From Scyliorhinus canicula (Eukaryota): a stretch of 64,000 nt of DNA. The notes beneath the pieces were generated by a model that saw only the letters and a list, made by a program, of their open reading frames with translations, did not search any database and had not been told where the DNA came from. The stretch lies in the NCBI RefSeq assembly GCF_902713615.1, contig NC_052163.1, positions 56,034,878 through 56,098,877 on the forward strand, written 5' to 3'. Positions 1-12,555 of the stretch are shown piece by piece. The stretch's first letter is position 1. Every line of letters begins with the position of its first letter. Both the position numbers and the translations under genes were made by a program.

Positions 1-1587
1 GTTTTCCGTCGTTGTCTCCACCAGAGTCAATGTGGGATTTGGAGGTTGATTCGGAGTTGAAATGTCCTCAACTGGGGTACTTGCCTCCACATTTGTTTCC
101 GGAAGTGTCACATTCTCAGGTCTTCACTTGGCACAGTCATGGACTCTCCTTTGACTCTGACAAACTTGTTCTAACTGCTAAAAGTTGGTCAGTGTGTCGT
201 TACACAACATCGTCTTGGGTTTGAATGGTGTAGGAGAGCGGTCCTGCCTTTGCTAAGACAATGACAGGTATCCACTTCTCACTGGTGGTCGAGTTCCTTG
301 TCAATATTTCCTGATCTTTCTGAAAAATGTGACGTTTAGCCCTGTCCTCACATCGCGAAACATGATTTGGCTGCTTTTTCAGAGTTTTCATTATGAATGA
401 AAAATTAAGGGGCAAGTTCTTTAGTTCTTGCCCCAGGCTGTCGATCTGTTATTTTACTTGCCAACTGCTGCCCCTCAGGCTGTACAGCAGGGCCTACTTG
501 ACCTGAGTCTCATGATGCAACCTTTGCGATGCCTTCTCCAGATTGTGACGTGTCTCCATCAGACCGTACGTCTCTCCCCTTGTGGTTTCATTCTCTTTTT
601 TTTTTAATCTTTCAATTATGGCATTCATAAACAAACATCAAATAAAACCAAAACCAAGATAAAAAAGATAACCAACAGGTAACAAACAGGAGAACACAGC
701 ATAACTCAATAAATAGCCGCCAACCTCAACATCCCTCCCTACCATATCCCCCACCCTCTCGGTCTCCACTTTTTCTTGTTGACCCTAAACCCTCCCCCCT
801 GGCTGAGTTAACTGTCCTGTAAGAAGTCAATGAACGGTTTCCATCTCCGGGTGAAACCTTCCATTGACCCCACTAAGGCGAACTTCATTTTCTCCAACCT
901 AAGGGAATCCGTGAGGTCACTCACCCCGACCTTTGAGGCTCCAGTGTCCCTCCACCCCAACAGGATCTCTCCCAGGCTACCAGAGAGGTAAAGGCCAGAA
1001 CACCCCCTGGACTCCTGCGTCTTCCGACATTCCAAATACTGGACTCGGAACCACCTTTGCCCCCAGTACCTCCAACGTCATTCCAGTGAACCACTGCCAA
1101 AATCCCTGCAGTTTTGGGCAGGCCCAAAACATGTGGACGTGGTTCGCGGGCCCACCCTTATATCTCCCTGACACTCTGCCCTCTCCAATCCCTGTTCTCG
1201 ACAGCATCTTGTCCTGCAATCCTGGGGGTGGTAGATCAGGAAAGGACAGCACCAATCCTTCCATGAACAATCTCCAAAGTGCTCAATCCACGTTTGCCGC
1301 CAACCCCAGAAACCCCTCCCCCCCATCCAGCTCCCTCAGTGCGAACCTGTGATTCCCACAGATCAGGGCCCAAATCGAAGCCTCCTCAAGCTTCAAGTGC
1401 TGTCACCACTGTCCCCACACCCTCAGGGCAGTCACCACTACCGGACTTGTGGAGTACCTGGCCAGCGAGAACGGCAATATGCTCCCAAACTAGTACCCTT
1501 ACCCACTTCCTTAACATGACTATACTTGCCGCCCAATAATAACTCATTAGATTTGGCAAGGCCAACCCCGCTCCATCACCCCCCCCC

Positions 1588-1624
<37 letters not shown>

Positions 1625-1929
1625 CCACCCCCGCTCCAATAGTGCCTTCTTTACCCGAGGGGCCTTCCCTGGCCACACAAATCCCAAAATCAATGAGTTA
1701 ACCATCTTGTAAAAGGCCTTGGAGATAAAGGTCGGGATGTTTGGAATGCAAACAAAACCCTCGGAGGCAGTCACCTTTACGTACTGCACTCACCCCGCCA
1801 TTGACAATGGAAGCAGATTCTATGTTTTAAATTCGCCCTTCATTTGCTCCACCAACAGAGCCAGATTCAACTTGTATAATTGCTCCCACCCCCGCGCCAC
1901 CTGGATACCTAGGTACATAAAACCCACCC

Positions 1930-2415
1930 TGATGCACGATCAATTGCACAAAGATTAAAGTTGGAAACATGATGTACCATCGATTGCACGCGAGGCGAGT
2001 GATTTACCAAAGTCTGGCTTTAATTAACTAGAACACAGCTCTGCGATCGTCTACAGTGGAAAGGGACAATCGTCAGGCGTTTGAGCATTTATACCTCGTT
2101 AATAGAGGCGTGGTTAACTCAGCCTCTCGGCCAATCGGTCGAGAGGCACATGACCGACCAGGGCCAATGGTAAGCCGACGTTCTGGCCCAATGGCAGACG
2201 AGTATGCAGATCATATCATCACAAAACAACTGTGGCTTTATTGCAGTAAGATATGTGGCCTCCCACAGCAGCTGGCGAAATGGCTGCTGAATAGATGACA
2301 CACATATTTATACTCCTCCTACTGGGCGGAGCCAGCAGGCAGGGGCTACCGGCGAACCTGTAGTGCAGGTCCTACATTACATCACCTAATACAGGTGTAA
2401 CAGTGGTTTACCACA
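1930..2415. mobile_element. Solo LTR inserted in the L1
   Basis: TG...CA ends; 5-bp TSD CACCC at 1925-1929 and 2416-2420; L1 coding sequence resumes on both sides. Confidence 0.85.
1970..2223. mobile_element. Second solo LTR nested in the first
   Basis: TGATG...CATCACA ends; 5-bp TSD AAACA at 1965-1969 and 2224-2228. Confidence 0.85.
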
Positions 2416-2759
2416 CACCCCAACTAACTGAAACGGTAACTTTCCCAGCCTCCTCTACTGCCCCCTCTACCGTCTGAATCGGAAAGACCTCACTCTTTCC
2501 CACGTTTAATTTGTACCCCGAAAACTGACCAAATTCTTGTGGTTTCATTCTCACAACATTAGCCCTCGTGTTTAGGCTCTTGTTTCTGGAATGCAACTTC
2601 CAACCTCTCCAGTTGAAGCTTTGCTCCTGAGGATTTCCAAAAGTGTCCTCACTCTTTAAGAACATATCATTTAGCCTTCAGGATTGGCTTGTTAAGCAAA
2701 GTCGGGTGATGGCAACGCTTGTTGATGTTGGTGTGCTCATTGCTGTACAGAGTAAAATA

Positions 2760-3093
2760 TAGAACATAGAACATAGAACAGTACAGCACAGAACAGGCCC
2801 TTCGGCCCTCAATGTTGTGCCGAGCCATGATCACCCTACTCAAACCCACGTATCCACCCTATACCCGCAACCTTACTTTTATTAGGACACTACGGACAAT
2901 TTAGCATGGCCAATCCACCTAACCCGCACATCTTTGGACTGTGGGAGGAAACCGGAGCACCCGGAGGAAACCCACGCACACAGGGGGAGGACGTGCAGAC
3001 TCCACACAGACAGTGACCCAGCCGGGAATCGAACCTGGGACCCTGGAGCTGTGAAGCATTTATGCTAACCACCATGCTACCCTGCATGCCCCA
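2760..3093 (-). mobile_element. HE1-like tRNA-derived V-SINE with CR1/HER1-type tail
   Basis: tRNA A/B-box head (GGTTCGATTCCC), V-domain core and (TCTATGT)n tail shared with the CR1 3' ends at 7048 and 56620; near-identical to copies at 11707 and 47392. Confidence 0.9.
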
Positions 3094-5029
3094 AATAGGA
3101 AAGGAATATTGGTGTTGCAGACTGCACTCTGAGCAGCTTCAACTCTTTTTATTTGGTCATCTGCAGCAACTCCCATCCAAACATCCTTCCTGAGTTTTTG
3201 TCCTGGCTCCAATTGCTCCTGTTGTTGCCGTCGTTTATGATCTTTTTATTCTTGTTGACCACTGATATATGCAGGAAGCGCTGCTCTTTCCCAAACTGAG
3301 GGGTGGATTCTCCGCTCTCCAACGCCGACAGCGAGATTCACGATATGGTGGAGAATTGAGAGTCGGGCTAAAAATGGGAATGGTGCCAATCCCATTGCGA
3401 TGCTCCGGTCCCTTGCTTCTGGTGGCAGCAAGGTACACGGTCCTCGCTGATGGACTAGGCAAAACCGTGAGTTGCATGGATTTAAATGCGTTTTCCAGGC
3501 TGGAAACCCGATGCTCCACCATTCCGTGATGCTCCAGCCCTCTCAGGCAGGATTATTTACATGTGGGGCCAGGCGTATGGAGTTGAGGGGGAGAAAGAAG
3601 ATTAGACAACTATTCAGACTTTTCTGGTTTGCTCAGGGATGGATGTCTTGACCTCAGGGCGTAGTGGGGAACAGATTGGTGGCAAATGCGCAGACTTGGG
3701 GGTGATCCCCTTGGGATTGGGGTGCCTTGGCTGAGGCCCACATTGCTGCACAATATCATTGAAACCCACCCCCTAAATGCAACTTATAGACTCCTAGCTG
3801 TTGAGACTGCTGACTGCTCACTTCATCCTGTATATGCTCAGAAGGCTTCTGATTATGTGAATCCCCATGCAGCCCACTGACCAGGAAACCATCAAACCCC
3901 AGCAGTATCATCAAGGGGATGGGCATGGCCAAACTCAAGCACCGGCCCCCAGGTGTTGGCACTCATCTGTGCTCTCCTCAATGGCAGTGTCCCACATGGT
4001 GTAATGGAGTGTAATCCATCAGTGTAATGGAGTGGCCCACTTACAGTTCGTTGTGCCCATAATGGGTAGTACGTTCAAAGACATTTCGAGATCTGACTAT
4101 GACTCTGGTCCTTTTTTGCACCTTTTCCTTCTCACGTGGATAATGTGAGTCCCTCCATTCGATGTTTCATTTGACGTGTTTGGTTCTGGCTTTTTATAAT
4201 TCTTGTTTAAAACTTGTTCTTTATTTCTTGAACACACATCTTCACTGTGACCACAATTCTTGCATTTTGCCTATTTACTCCAGTAATGAGTTGCTATACG
4301 AACAGTTTTTATACATTGGTGGCAACATTTCAACGACTCATACATCAAGTAGTGGCTAGGATACCTAACTGTTTGGCCTATTTGGACAATGTGGTAGTCT
4401 GTGTTTGGGTCGCAGCCGACATTTTATGGATTTTAGTGCTCGAACGTACTTGTTGGGCTTCCTAATCGACTACTTTAATCAAAATCGTGACTTCTAAAGC
4501 CCAATGATTGAAGTCACACCACCATCGGATGGTAGAACAGGCAAAACTGTCCTTGAGGATGAGGATAATTCTGAGGAAGTGTTTGGTAAGATTTCAAATT
4601 GAGGTCCTGGAGGCAGACCCAGAATTACATAGATTAGCACAGTTAGCTCTCAGAGATGTTGAGGCTGAGGGGATTCCACAGTGCTATTACATTAAGAACA
4701 GAGTACTAATAAGGAAGGGAAGATATCCTCATAGACCTGCGGACAAGGAATGGATGGCTGTTCGTCAAATTGTGGTACTGCCCAAATATCATGAGGAAAT
4801 ACTGTGGTTGGCATATGAGATACCAATGGCAGGACACGTGGGAATTCAGAAAACTCAAACATTAGTCAACAGGCATTTTTCCTGGCTCGGACTGCATTGG
4901 AATGTAGTTCAATTCTATCGATCTTGTCATGCCTGTCACGTAATAGGTAAACCACAACTGGTAGATTGTGTAGGACCATTGCCTAAAATGAAGGCAGGAC
5001 ATCAGTACATTTTTACCGTCATAGATTTG

Positions 5030-5676
5030 GGCCAGGATTCTCCAATCCCGTGCCGGGTTGGAAAATCGCCGTGGGGGGGCGTGGAAATCGCACCACGCCG
5101 CTCCGACGCTGTGCCGCCGATTCACCGGCGACTGGAGAATTGGAGGCAATCGCAGTTGCCGCCGCGCCGGTCGTGGGCTGCAGAAAGTGGCCTCCCTGGC
5201 AATTCTCCACGCTCGACGAGCCAAGTGCCTGTCGAGTCCCGCCAGCATGGGTCACTTCTGACTTCTGGTCCCACCCGGGGGGACCTTGGAGTTCTGCCTG
5301 CGGGGGCCGTCTGGTGGGGGGCACTGGGGGATCCAACTCAGTGGGGTGGCCTCCACGGTGGCTAGGCCCGCGATCGGGGCCTACCGATCTGCGGTGGGGT
5401 TAATTCCTGGGGGGGGGGGGCACCTATTTTCCTCCATGCCGGGCCACTGTAGGGCTCCGCCATGTTGCCCGGGAGCCGGCGCGGAGACAGCAACCCAGTC
5501 GCATGCGCGGACCCGCGCGTCCATGTTGCGTTGGCTTTCAAGCGCACAGCACTACGGCACCGCACTAGCCCCCGAGGAAGTGACGAATGCCTGGGCCTGG
5601 AGGCCCGTTGACGCCGGCATTGCTTGGTTTTGACGCTGGAGTCAACACTTGGCCGGGATTTCGGCGAATAATGGCC
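5030..5676. mobile_element. GC-rich PIF/Harbinger-type MITE in the Gypsy integrase
   Basis: Imperfect TIR GGCCAGGATTCTCC / GGCGAATAATGGCC; imperfect 3-bp TSD TTG/ATG; interrupts the integrase at ...TVID|M.THFPEA. Confidence 0.75.
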
Positions 5677-7283
5677 ATGACCACCCATTTTCCAGAAGCT
5701 ATATCTTTAAGAATAATTACAGCTAAGGCAGTAGTGGAAACGTTGACGCATTTCTTAACACACTATGGTCTACCCTTAGAAGTACAATCTAAGCAGGGTT
5801 CTAACTTAATGTCTAAAATATTCCAGGGCATAATTTGTAGTTTAGGTATCAAGCAGCTAAAGTCAACTGCGTATCACCCACAAACTCAACGACTTTTTGG
5901 AGAGGCATCATCAAACTTTCAAAACCATGATTATGGCCTATTGCCATAAATATCCAAAAGATTGGGGCAAGGGATTGGATTTTTTACTATTTGCCACCAG
6001 GAATTCTCTGAATGAATCTACTGAGTTTAGCCCATTTGAATTAGTTTATGGCAATCAAATACATGTCCATTAAAGTTGGTGAAAGAGAAAATCTTAAAAC
6101 AAAAAGATGGACCCCCAATTTTGGATGATGTGTCCATGTTTCTGGAAAAGACTCACAGGAGCTTGTCAGGCAGCCCAAGAGCATTTAAAGGTTTTGGGAG
6201 AAAGAATGAAAATGTGGGCAGACAAACATGGACTGGATTGTTGCCTTTGCAGGACAAACCTCTGAAAGTGAAATTCAATAGCCCCTATGAGATAGTTAGG
6301 GGGTGAGTAAGGTGATTTACCTAATAGACACTCCAGACCAGAGGAAGAAGGACCGATTATGCAACATCAATATGTTCTAAAAATATGATTGTATGGAAGA
6401 AAATACCAGTGTGTAAGGTGGCTGAAGTAGTGGAAGAGGACAATGATAGAAAGAGTGAGGTAGGGGAAGATGCTGACAGTTCATAGATCAACCCTCCTGT
6501 GGTATGACTATCAAGTAGGATAATACTAGAACAGTTAGATACTGATTTTGCACACTTAGAAGAAGAGCAACAAAAAGATCTCATATGGATACTGCAAAAG
6601 TATAAGAAGATTTGTAGGGACAGACCGATGTGCACTACATTGAGAGACATAGGTGACTCCAGCCCAATAAAACAGCACCCATATCAACTGAACCCACAGA
6701 AAGTAGCTCAGATAGAAGTAGAAACCCAATACATGTTGGAGAATAATTTAATTGAGTTAGTAAGAGTAGCTGGAGTCTGCCAGTCGTGTTAGTACCGAAG
6801 TCAGATGGGACAACTCGGTCCTGTATAGACAACTGGAAGATCAATGCCATCACCAAAGCGGATTTGTATCCGATTCCCAGGTTGGAGGACTGTAACCAGT
6901 GGCGTGCAGAGGTCTGGTGATGCCCGGGGCAAATCTTGATTGTATGCCCCAAAGCCCCACGTAAATATTTCATTAAATATCACCAAAAAACCTATAGAAA
7001 ACGTAGTTGCACCCGTTCTAGAGCTATTCACTGACCTCTTTATCTTTAGAACATAGAACGATACAGCGCAGTACAGGCCCTTCGGCCCTCGATGTTGCAC
7101 CGACATGGAAAAAAACTAAAGGCCATCTAACCTACACTATGCCCTCATCCAATAAACTTTTAAATGCCCTCAATGCCCTCAATGTTGGCGAGTTCACTAC
7201 TGTTGCAGGTAGGGCATTCCACGGCCTCACCACTCTTTGCGTAAAAAACCCACCTCTGACCTCTGTCCTATATCTATTACCCC

Positions 7284-10024
7284 TCAATTTAAGGCTCCCC
7301 TCGTGCTAGCCACCTCCATCCGCGGGAGAAGGCTCTCGCTGTCCACCCTATCTAACCCTCTGATCATTTTGTATGCCTCTATTAAGTCACCTCTTAACCT
7401 TCTTCTCTCTAACGAAAACAACCTCAAGTCCATCAGCCTTTCCTCATAAGATTTTCCCTCCATACCAGGCAACATCCTGGTAAATCTCCTCTGCACCCAT
7501 TCCAAAGCTTCCATGTCCTTCCTATAATGAGGCGACCAGAACTGTGCGCAATACTCCAAATGCGGCCGTACTAGAGTTTTGTACAACTGCAACATGACCT
7601 CATGGCCCCGGAACTCAATCCCTCTACCAATAAAGGCCAACACACCATAGGCCTTCTTCACAACCCTATCAACCTGGGTGGCAACTTTCAGGGATCTATG
7701 TACATGGACACCGAGAGCCCTCTGCTCATCCACACTACCAAGAATTTTACCATTAGCCAAATATTCCGCATTCCTGTTATTCTTTCCAAAGTGAATCACC
7801 TCACACTTCTCCACATTAAACTCCATTTGCCACCTCTCAGCCCATCTCTGCAGCTTATCTATGTCTACCTGTAACCTGCAACATCCTTCCGCACTGTCTA
7901 CAACTCCACCGACTTTAGTGTCGTCTGCAAATTTACTCACCCATCCTTCTGCGCCCTCCTCTAGGTCATTTATAAAAATGACAAACAGCAACGGCCCCAG
8001 AACAGATCCTTGTGGTACGCCACTCGTAACTGAACTCCATTCTGAACATTTCCCATCAATTTCCACTCTCTGTCTTCTTTCAACTAGCCAATTTCTGATC
8101 CACATCTCTAAATCACCCTCAATCCCCAGCCTCTGTATTTTCTGCAATAGCCGACCGTGGGGAACCTTATCAAACGCTTTACTGAAATCCAATACACCAC
8201 ATCAACTGCTCTACCCTCGTCTACCTGTTCAGTCACCTTCTCAAAGAACTCGATAAGGTTTGTGAGGCATGACCTACCCTTCACAAAACCATGCTGACCA
8301 TCCCTAATCATATTATTCCTATCTAGATGATTATAAATCGTATCTTTTATAATCCTCTCCAAGACTTTACCCACCACAGACGTTAGGCTCACCGGCCTAT
8401 AGTTACCGGGGTTATCTCTACTCCCCTTCTTGAACAAAGGGACCACATTTGCTATCCTCCAGTCCTCTGGCACTATTCCTGTAGCCAATGATGACCTAAA
8501 AATCAAAGCCAAAGGCTCAGCAATCTCTTCCCTGGCTTCCCAGAGAATCCTAGGATAAATCCCATCCGGCCCCGGGGACTTATCTATTTTCACCTTGTCC
8601 AGAATTGCCAACACTTCTTCCCTACGCACCTCAATGCCATCTATTCTAATAGCCTGGGTCTCAGCATTCTCCTCCACAATATTATCTTTTTCTTGAGTGA
8701 ATACTGACGAAAAGTATTCATTTAGTATCTCGCTTATCTCCTCAGCCTCCACACACAACTTCCCACCACTGTCCTTGACTGGCCCTACTCTTACCCTAGT
8801 CATTCTTTTATTCCTGACATACCTATAGAAAGCTTTTGGGTTTTCCTTGATCCTACCTGCCAAAGACTTCTCATGTCCCCTCCTTGCTCGTCTCAGCTCT
8901 CTCTTTAGATCCTTCCTCGCTTCCTTGTAAATATCAAGCTCCCCAACTGAAACTTCACGCCTCATCTTCACATAGGCCTCCTTCTTCCTCTTAACAAGAG
9001 ATTCCACTTCTTTGGTAAACCACGGTTCCCTCGCTCGACCCCTTCCTCCCTGCCTGACTGGTACGTACTTATCAAGAACATGCAATAGCTGTTCCTTGAA
9101 CAAGCTCCACATATCCAGTGTGCCCAACCCTTGCAGCCTACTTCTCCAACCAACACATCCTAAGTCATGTCTAATGGCATCATAATTGCCCTTCCCCCAG
9201 CTATAACTCTTGCCCTGCGGGGTATACTTATCCCTTTCCATCACTAACGTAAAGGTCACCGAATTGTGGTCACTGTTTCCAAAGTGCTCACCTACCTCCA
9301 GATCTAACACCTGGCCTGGTTCATTACCCAAAACCAAATCCAATGTGGCCTCGCCTCTTGTTGGCCTGTCAACATATTGTGTCAGGAAACCCTCCTGCAC
9401 ACATTGTACAAAGAACGACCCATCTAATGTACTCGAACTATATCATTTCCAGTCAATATTTGGAAAGTTAAAGTCTCCCATAACAACTACCCTGTTACTT
9501 TCGCTCTTTTCCAGAATCATCTTCGCCATCCTTTCCTCTACATCCCTAGAACTATTAGGTGGCCTATAGAAAACTCCCAACAGGGTGACCTCTCCTTTCC
9601 TGTTTCTAACCTCAGCCCATATTACCTCGGAAGAAGAGTCCCCATCTAGCATCCTTTCCGCCACTGTAATACTGTCCTTGACAAGCAGCGCCACACCTCT
9701 CCCTCTTTTGCCCCCTTCTCTGACCTTACTAAAACACCTAAACCCCGGAACCTGCAACAACCATTCCTGTCACTGCTCTATCCATGTCTCTGAAATGGCC
9801 ACAACATCAAAGTCCCAGGTACCAACCCATGCTGCCAGTTCCCCTACCTTATTTCGTATACTCCTGGCATTGAAGTAGACACACTTCAAACCACCTACCT
9901 GAACACTGGCACCCTCCTGCGAAGTCAAATCTGTGCTCCTGACCTCTATACTCTCAATCTCCCGTACCCCAAAACTACAATCCAGGTTCCCATGCCCCTG
10001 CTGAATTAGTTTAAACCCCCCCAA
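7284..10024 (-). pseudogene. CR1 ORF2 endonuclease/reverse transcriptase, with two in-frame stops and one frameshift
   Basis: YFNARSI, ISETW, YRPPN, MGDFNFP, SDHN, KSPGPDG, NYRPVSL, DFSKAFD, GVPQGSVLGP and KFADD across ORFs 9770-10024, 9443-9760, 8108-9400 and 7284-8192. Confidence 0.93.
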
Positions 10025-10059
10025 AGAGCACTAACAAATCTCCCCCCAGGATATTGGTG

Positions 10060-10861
10060 CCCCTCAGGTTCAGATGTAGACCATCCTGTCTATAGAGGTC
10101 CCACCTTCCCCAGAAAGAGCCCCAGTTATCCAGAAATTTGAATCCCTCCCGCCTGCATCATCCCTGTAGCCATGTGTTTAATTGCTCTCTCTCCCTATTC
10201 CTCATCTCACTATCACGTGGCACGGGCAACAACCCAGAGATAACAACTCTGTTTGTTCTCGCTCTGAGCTTCCATCCTAGCTCCCTAAAGGCCTGCCTGA
10301 CATGCTTGTCCCCTTTCCTACCTATGTCGTTAGTGCCAATGTGGACTACGACTTGGGGCTGCTCCCCCTCCCCCTTAAGGACCCGGAAAACACGATCCAA
10401 GACATCACGTACCCTTGCACCTGGGAGGCAACATACCAAACGTGAGTCTCTCTCGCTCCCACAAAATCTCCTATCTGTGCCCCTGACTATTGAGTCCCCA
10501 GTTACTAATGTTCTACTCCTTTCCCCCCTTCCCTTCTGAGCAACAGGGACAGACTCCGTGCCAGAGGCCCGTACCCCATGGCTTAGGGTCCCTGCACAGA
10601 CTGCTTCTTCCCAGTCCCTCTTACAGTTACCCATCTATCTCCAGTCTTTGGTGTAACTACTTCCCTGAAGCTCCTATCTATGACCCCCTCTGCCTCCCGA
10701 ATGATCCGAAGTTCATCCAGTTCAAGCTCCAGGTCCCTAACACGGTTTTTGAGGAGCTGGAGTTGGGTGCACTTCCCACAGATGAAATCAGCAGGGACAC
10801 TGACGGCGTCCCTCACCTCAAACATTCTGCAGGAGAAGCATTGTACTGCCTTCCCTGACAT
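10060..10861 (-). pseudogene. CR1 ORF1 (zinc finger/coiled coil + SGNH esterase), frameshifted
   Basis: MSGKAVQCFSC...CGKC, then LVTGDSIVRG, CLPGARVRDV, VVHIGTNDI. Confidence 0.88.
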
Positions 10862-11706
10862 CACCTCTAGATTTAAAAAAAAACAAGAAGAAAAAGAAAC
10901 GAAGAGCTTACCTGATATTCCCTCAAACCCTGCTCCCGGTGAAAGGTAAGCAAATTTAAAGGCACTCACTCACCTTCACGACAGGCCCCAAGCTGCCTCT
11001 AGGTCATCTCTAAGGTATAGGACGGCTGCCTGAGGTTAAATTGCGCTGTAAGAGTTAGTCAATTTCCCCTTAGCGCTGGGATTCTAGGGATATTGTTCTC
11101 TTCTTCAGTCATTTTGCTTTGCAGCAATGGGTGAGATGTTATGTCTCGAAAGTTGTGCCTCCCTCCTCTGCAACCCACATGGAGAAGGATAAGAGCAGCA
11201 ACGTCATGGAAATACTGTTATGACCCTTGTGGAAACAAACTACAAACAACCCAACTAAGACCAATATACAAAACTTCACTTTTATATTAGCAATCATACC
11301 AAAATCAACGTAAATTAAACATGAACAGGAAAATTGCAATAATATGACCGATAAATTACACATAGCAGATACAAAGACATATCTCACACATTTCTCAATC
11401 AGCCCATTCAGCACGTATCACATTCATTTCAGCCACAATATCCTTCAAAACGTTGAACTTCTTCAAATCAAATTCCATCTTCATTTCTCTAAAGCTTTAG
11501 CACCAAGTCTCATCAAACAACGGCATTACTTCACCCAATTTCCACAAATATAATTTTCACAGTCGACACATTTCCAGATCCCTTCTTCTTCACAAAACCC
11601 TGGTCATGTTGGGCCTGTTTGTGCACTATGCCAGTGCATAAAGGGTCCCCAAATCCAGATATAAAGCTCTGTTCAAGATCCGAGCTCCAGCAGCTTGCAG
11701 TCAAGT

Positions 11707-12060
11707 AGAACATAGAACATAGACCAGTACAGCACAGAACAGGCCCTTCAGCCCTCGATGTTGTGCCGAGCAATGATCACCCTACTCAAACCCGCGTATC
11801 CACCCTATACCCGTAACCCAACAGCCCCCCCCCCCCCCAACCTTACTTTTTTAGGACACTACGGGCAATTTAGCATGGCCAATCCACCTAACCCGCACAT
11901 CTTTGGACTGTGGGAGGAAACCGGAGCACCCGGAGGAAACCCACGCACACACGGGGAGGACGTGCAGACTCCGCACAGACAGTGACCCAGCCGGGAACCG
12001 AACCTGGGACCCTGGAGCTGTGAAGCATTTATGCTAACCGCCATGCTACCGTGCTGCCCC
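11707..12060 (-). mobile_element. HE1-like V-SINE
   Basis: Same head, core and TAGAACA tail as the copy at 2760. Confidence 0.9.
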
Positions 12061-12346
12061 TGTCTCTGAGAATCTCCCATTTATAGGACCCTGGGCTTTA
12101 AGTATAAAGGGTAAGAGGGCAAAAGTTAAGAGGCCATGATGAATCTTCATAAAATACTGGTTCTGGCCCAAATGTCAAATTCTGGGCACGACAGTTTAGT
12201 AAATTGACAACTATAGAGAGGGTGCAGAGAAGAGTTTAAAAATGGATCAAAAGATAAAGATAAAGAATAAATAAAACTCACCCATGGTGGCATTGATTGC
12301 CGTTGATTCGGGAGATTTCGCGCCCTTTTTGTTCACCAGGCGCTCC

Positions 12347-12428
12347 GGCGCGCTCCGGCCGCCCGCGGTGCGCAGGCGCGCTCCGGCCGACCGCGGTGCG
12401 CAGGCGCGCTCCGGCCGACCGCGGTGCG
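12347..12428. repeat. Three tandem copies of a 28-bp CpG-rich unit inside the hAT end
   Basis: GGCGCGCTCCGGCCG(C/A)CCGCGGTGCGCA repeated three times. Confidence 0.9.
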
Positions 12429-12555
12429 TGCTCCGTTCTCTTCACGCTGCTGCCCCCATCCAATCGATGCCCGGGGCCAGCGCACCGTCGGCCCCCCCCT
12501 CTGCACGCCACTGACTGTAACGATAGGATGGGCAGTGCTTCAAATTGATTTGTTA

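Larger units (their letters stand above)
596..2535 (-). mobile_element. 5'-truncated L1-clade LINE (ORF2 3' part with CCHC zinc finger, 3'UTR, poly(A))
   Basis: Peptides QEFGQFSGYKLNVGKSEV, FVWPGKAPRV, GLALPNLMSYYWAA and NHVHMFWACPKLQGFW; poly-T at 596-606; 17-bp TSD CTTGTGGTTTCATTCTC at 579-595 and 2536-2552. Confidence 0.92.
1..3300 (-). mobile_element. Internally deleted, degenerate Gypsy LTR retrotransposon (gag remnants 2553-3240, integrase C-terminal remnant 1-415), split by an L1 and a SINE
   Basis: ORF 200-415 (KWIPVIVLAKAGPLSYTIQT) matches the Gypsy post-integrase GPLSY motif. The sequence is continuous across the L1 TSD, and there is a PBS/LTR-like junction near 3255-3270. Confidence 0.6.
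7047..10995 (-). mobile_element. Near full-length CR1/HER1-type LINE, disabled
   Basis: ORF1 (zinc finger + SGNH esterase) and ORF2 (APE + RT) in order; TAGAACATAGAAC tail at 7047-7059; part of the 3' region deleted. Confidence 0.95.
6897..12513 (-). mobile_element. Non-autonomous hAT (Tip100-like ends) DNA transposon inserted in the Gypsy RT, containing a CR1, a SINE and cargo DNA
   Basis: Perfect 16-bp TIR CAGTGGCGTGCAGAGG at 6897 and its complement ending at 12513; exact 8-bp TSD ACTGTAAC (6889-6896, 12514-12521); the RT frame resumes (IPRLEDC|DRMGSA). Confidence 0.9.

Noticed and set aside
11073-11130. Plus-strand exon-like segment RWDSRDIVLFFSHFALQQW with a GTGAGA donor
   Set aside because: Too short to assign, inside a transposon, and opposite to the hAT promoter orientation.
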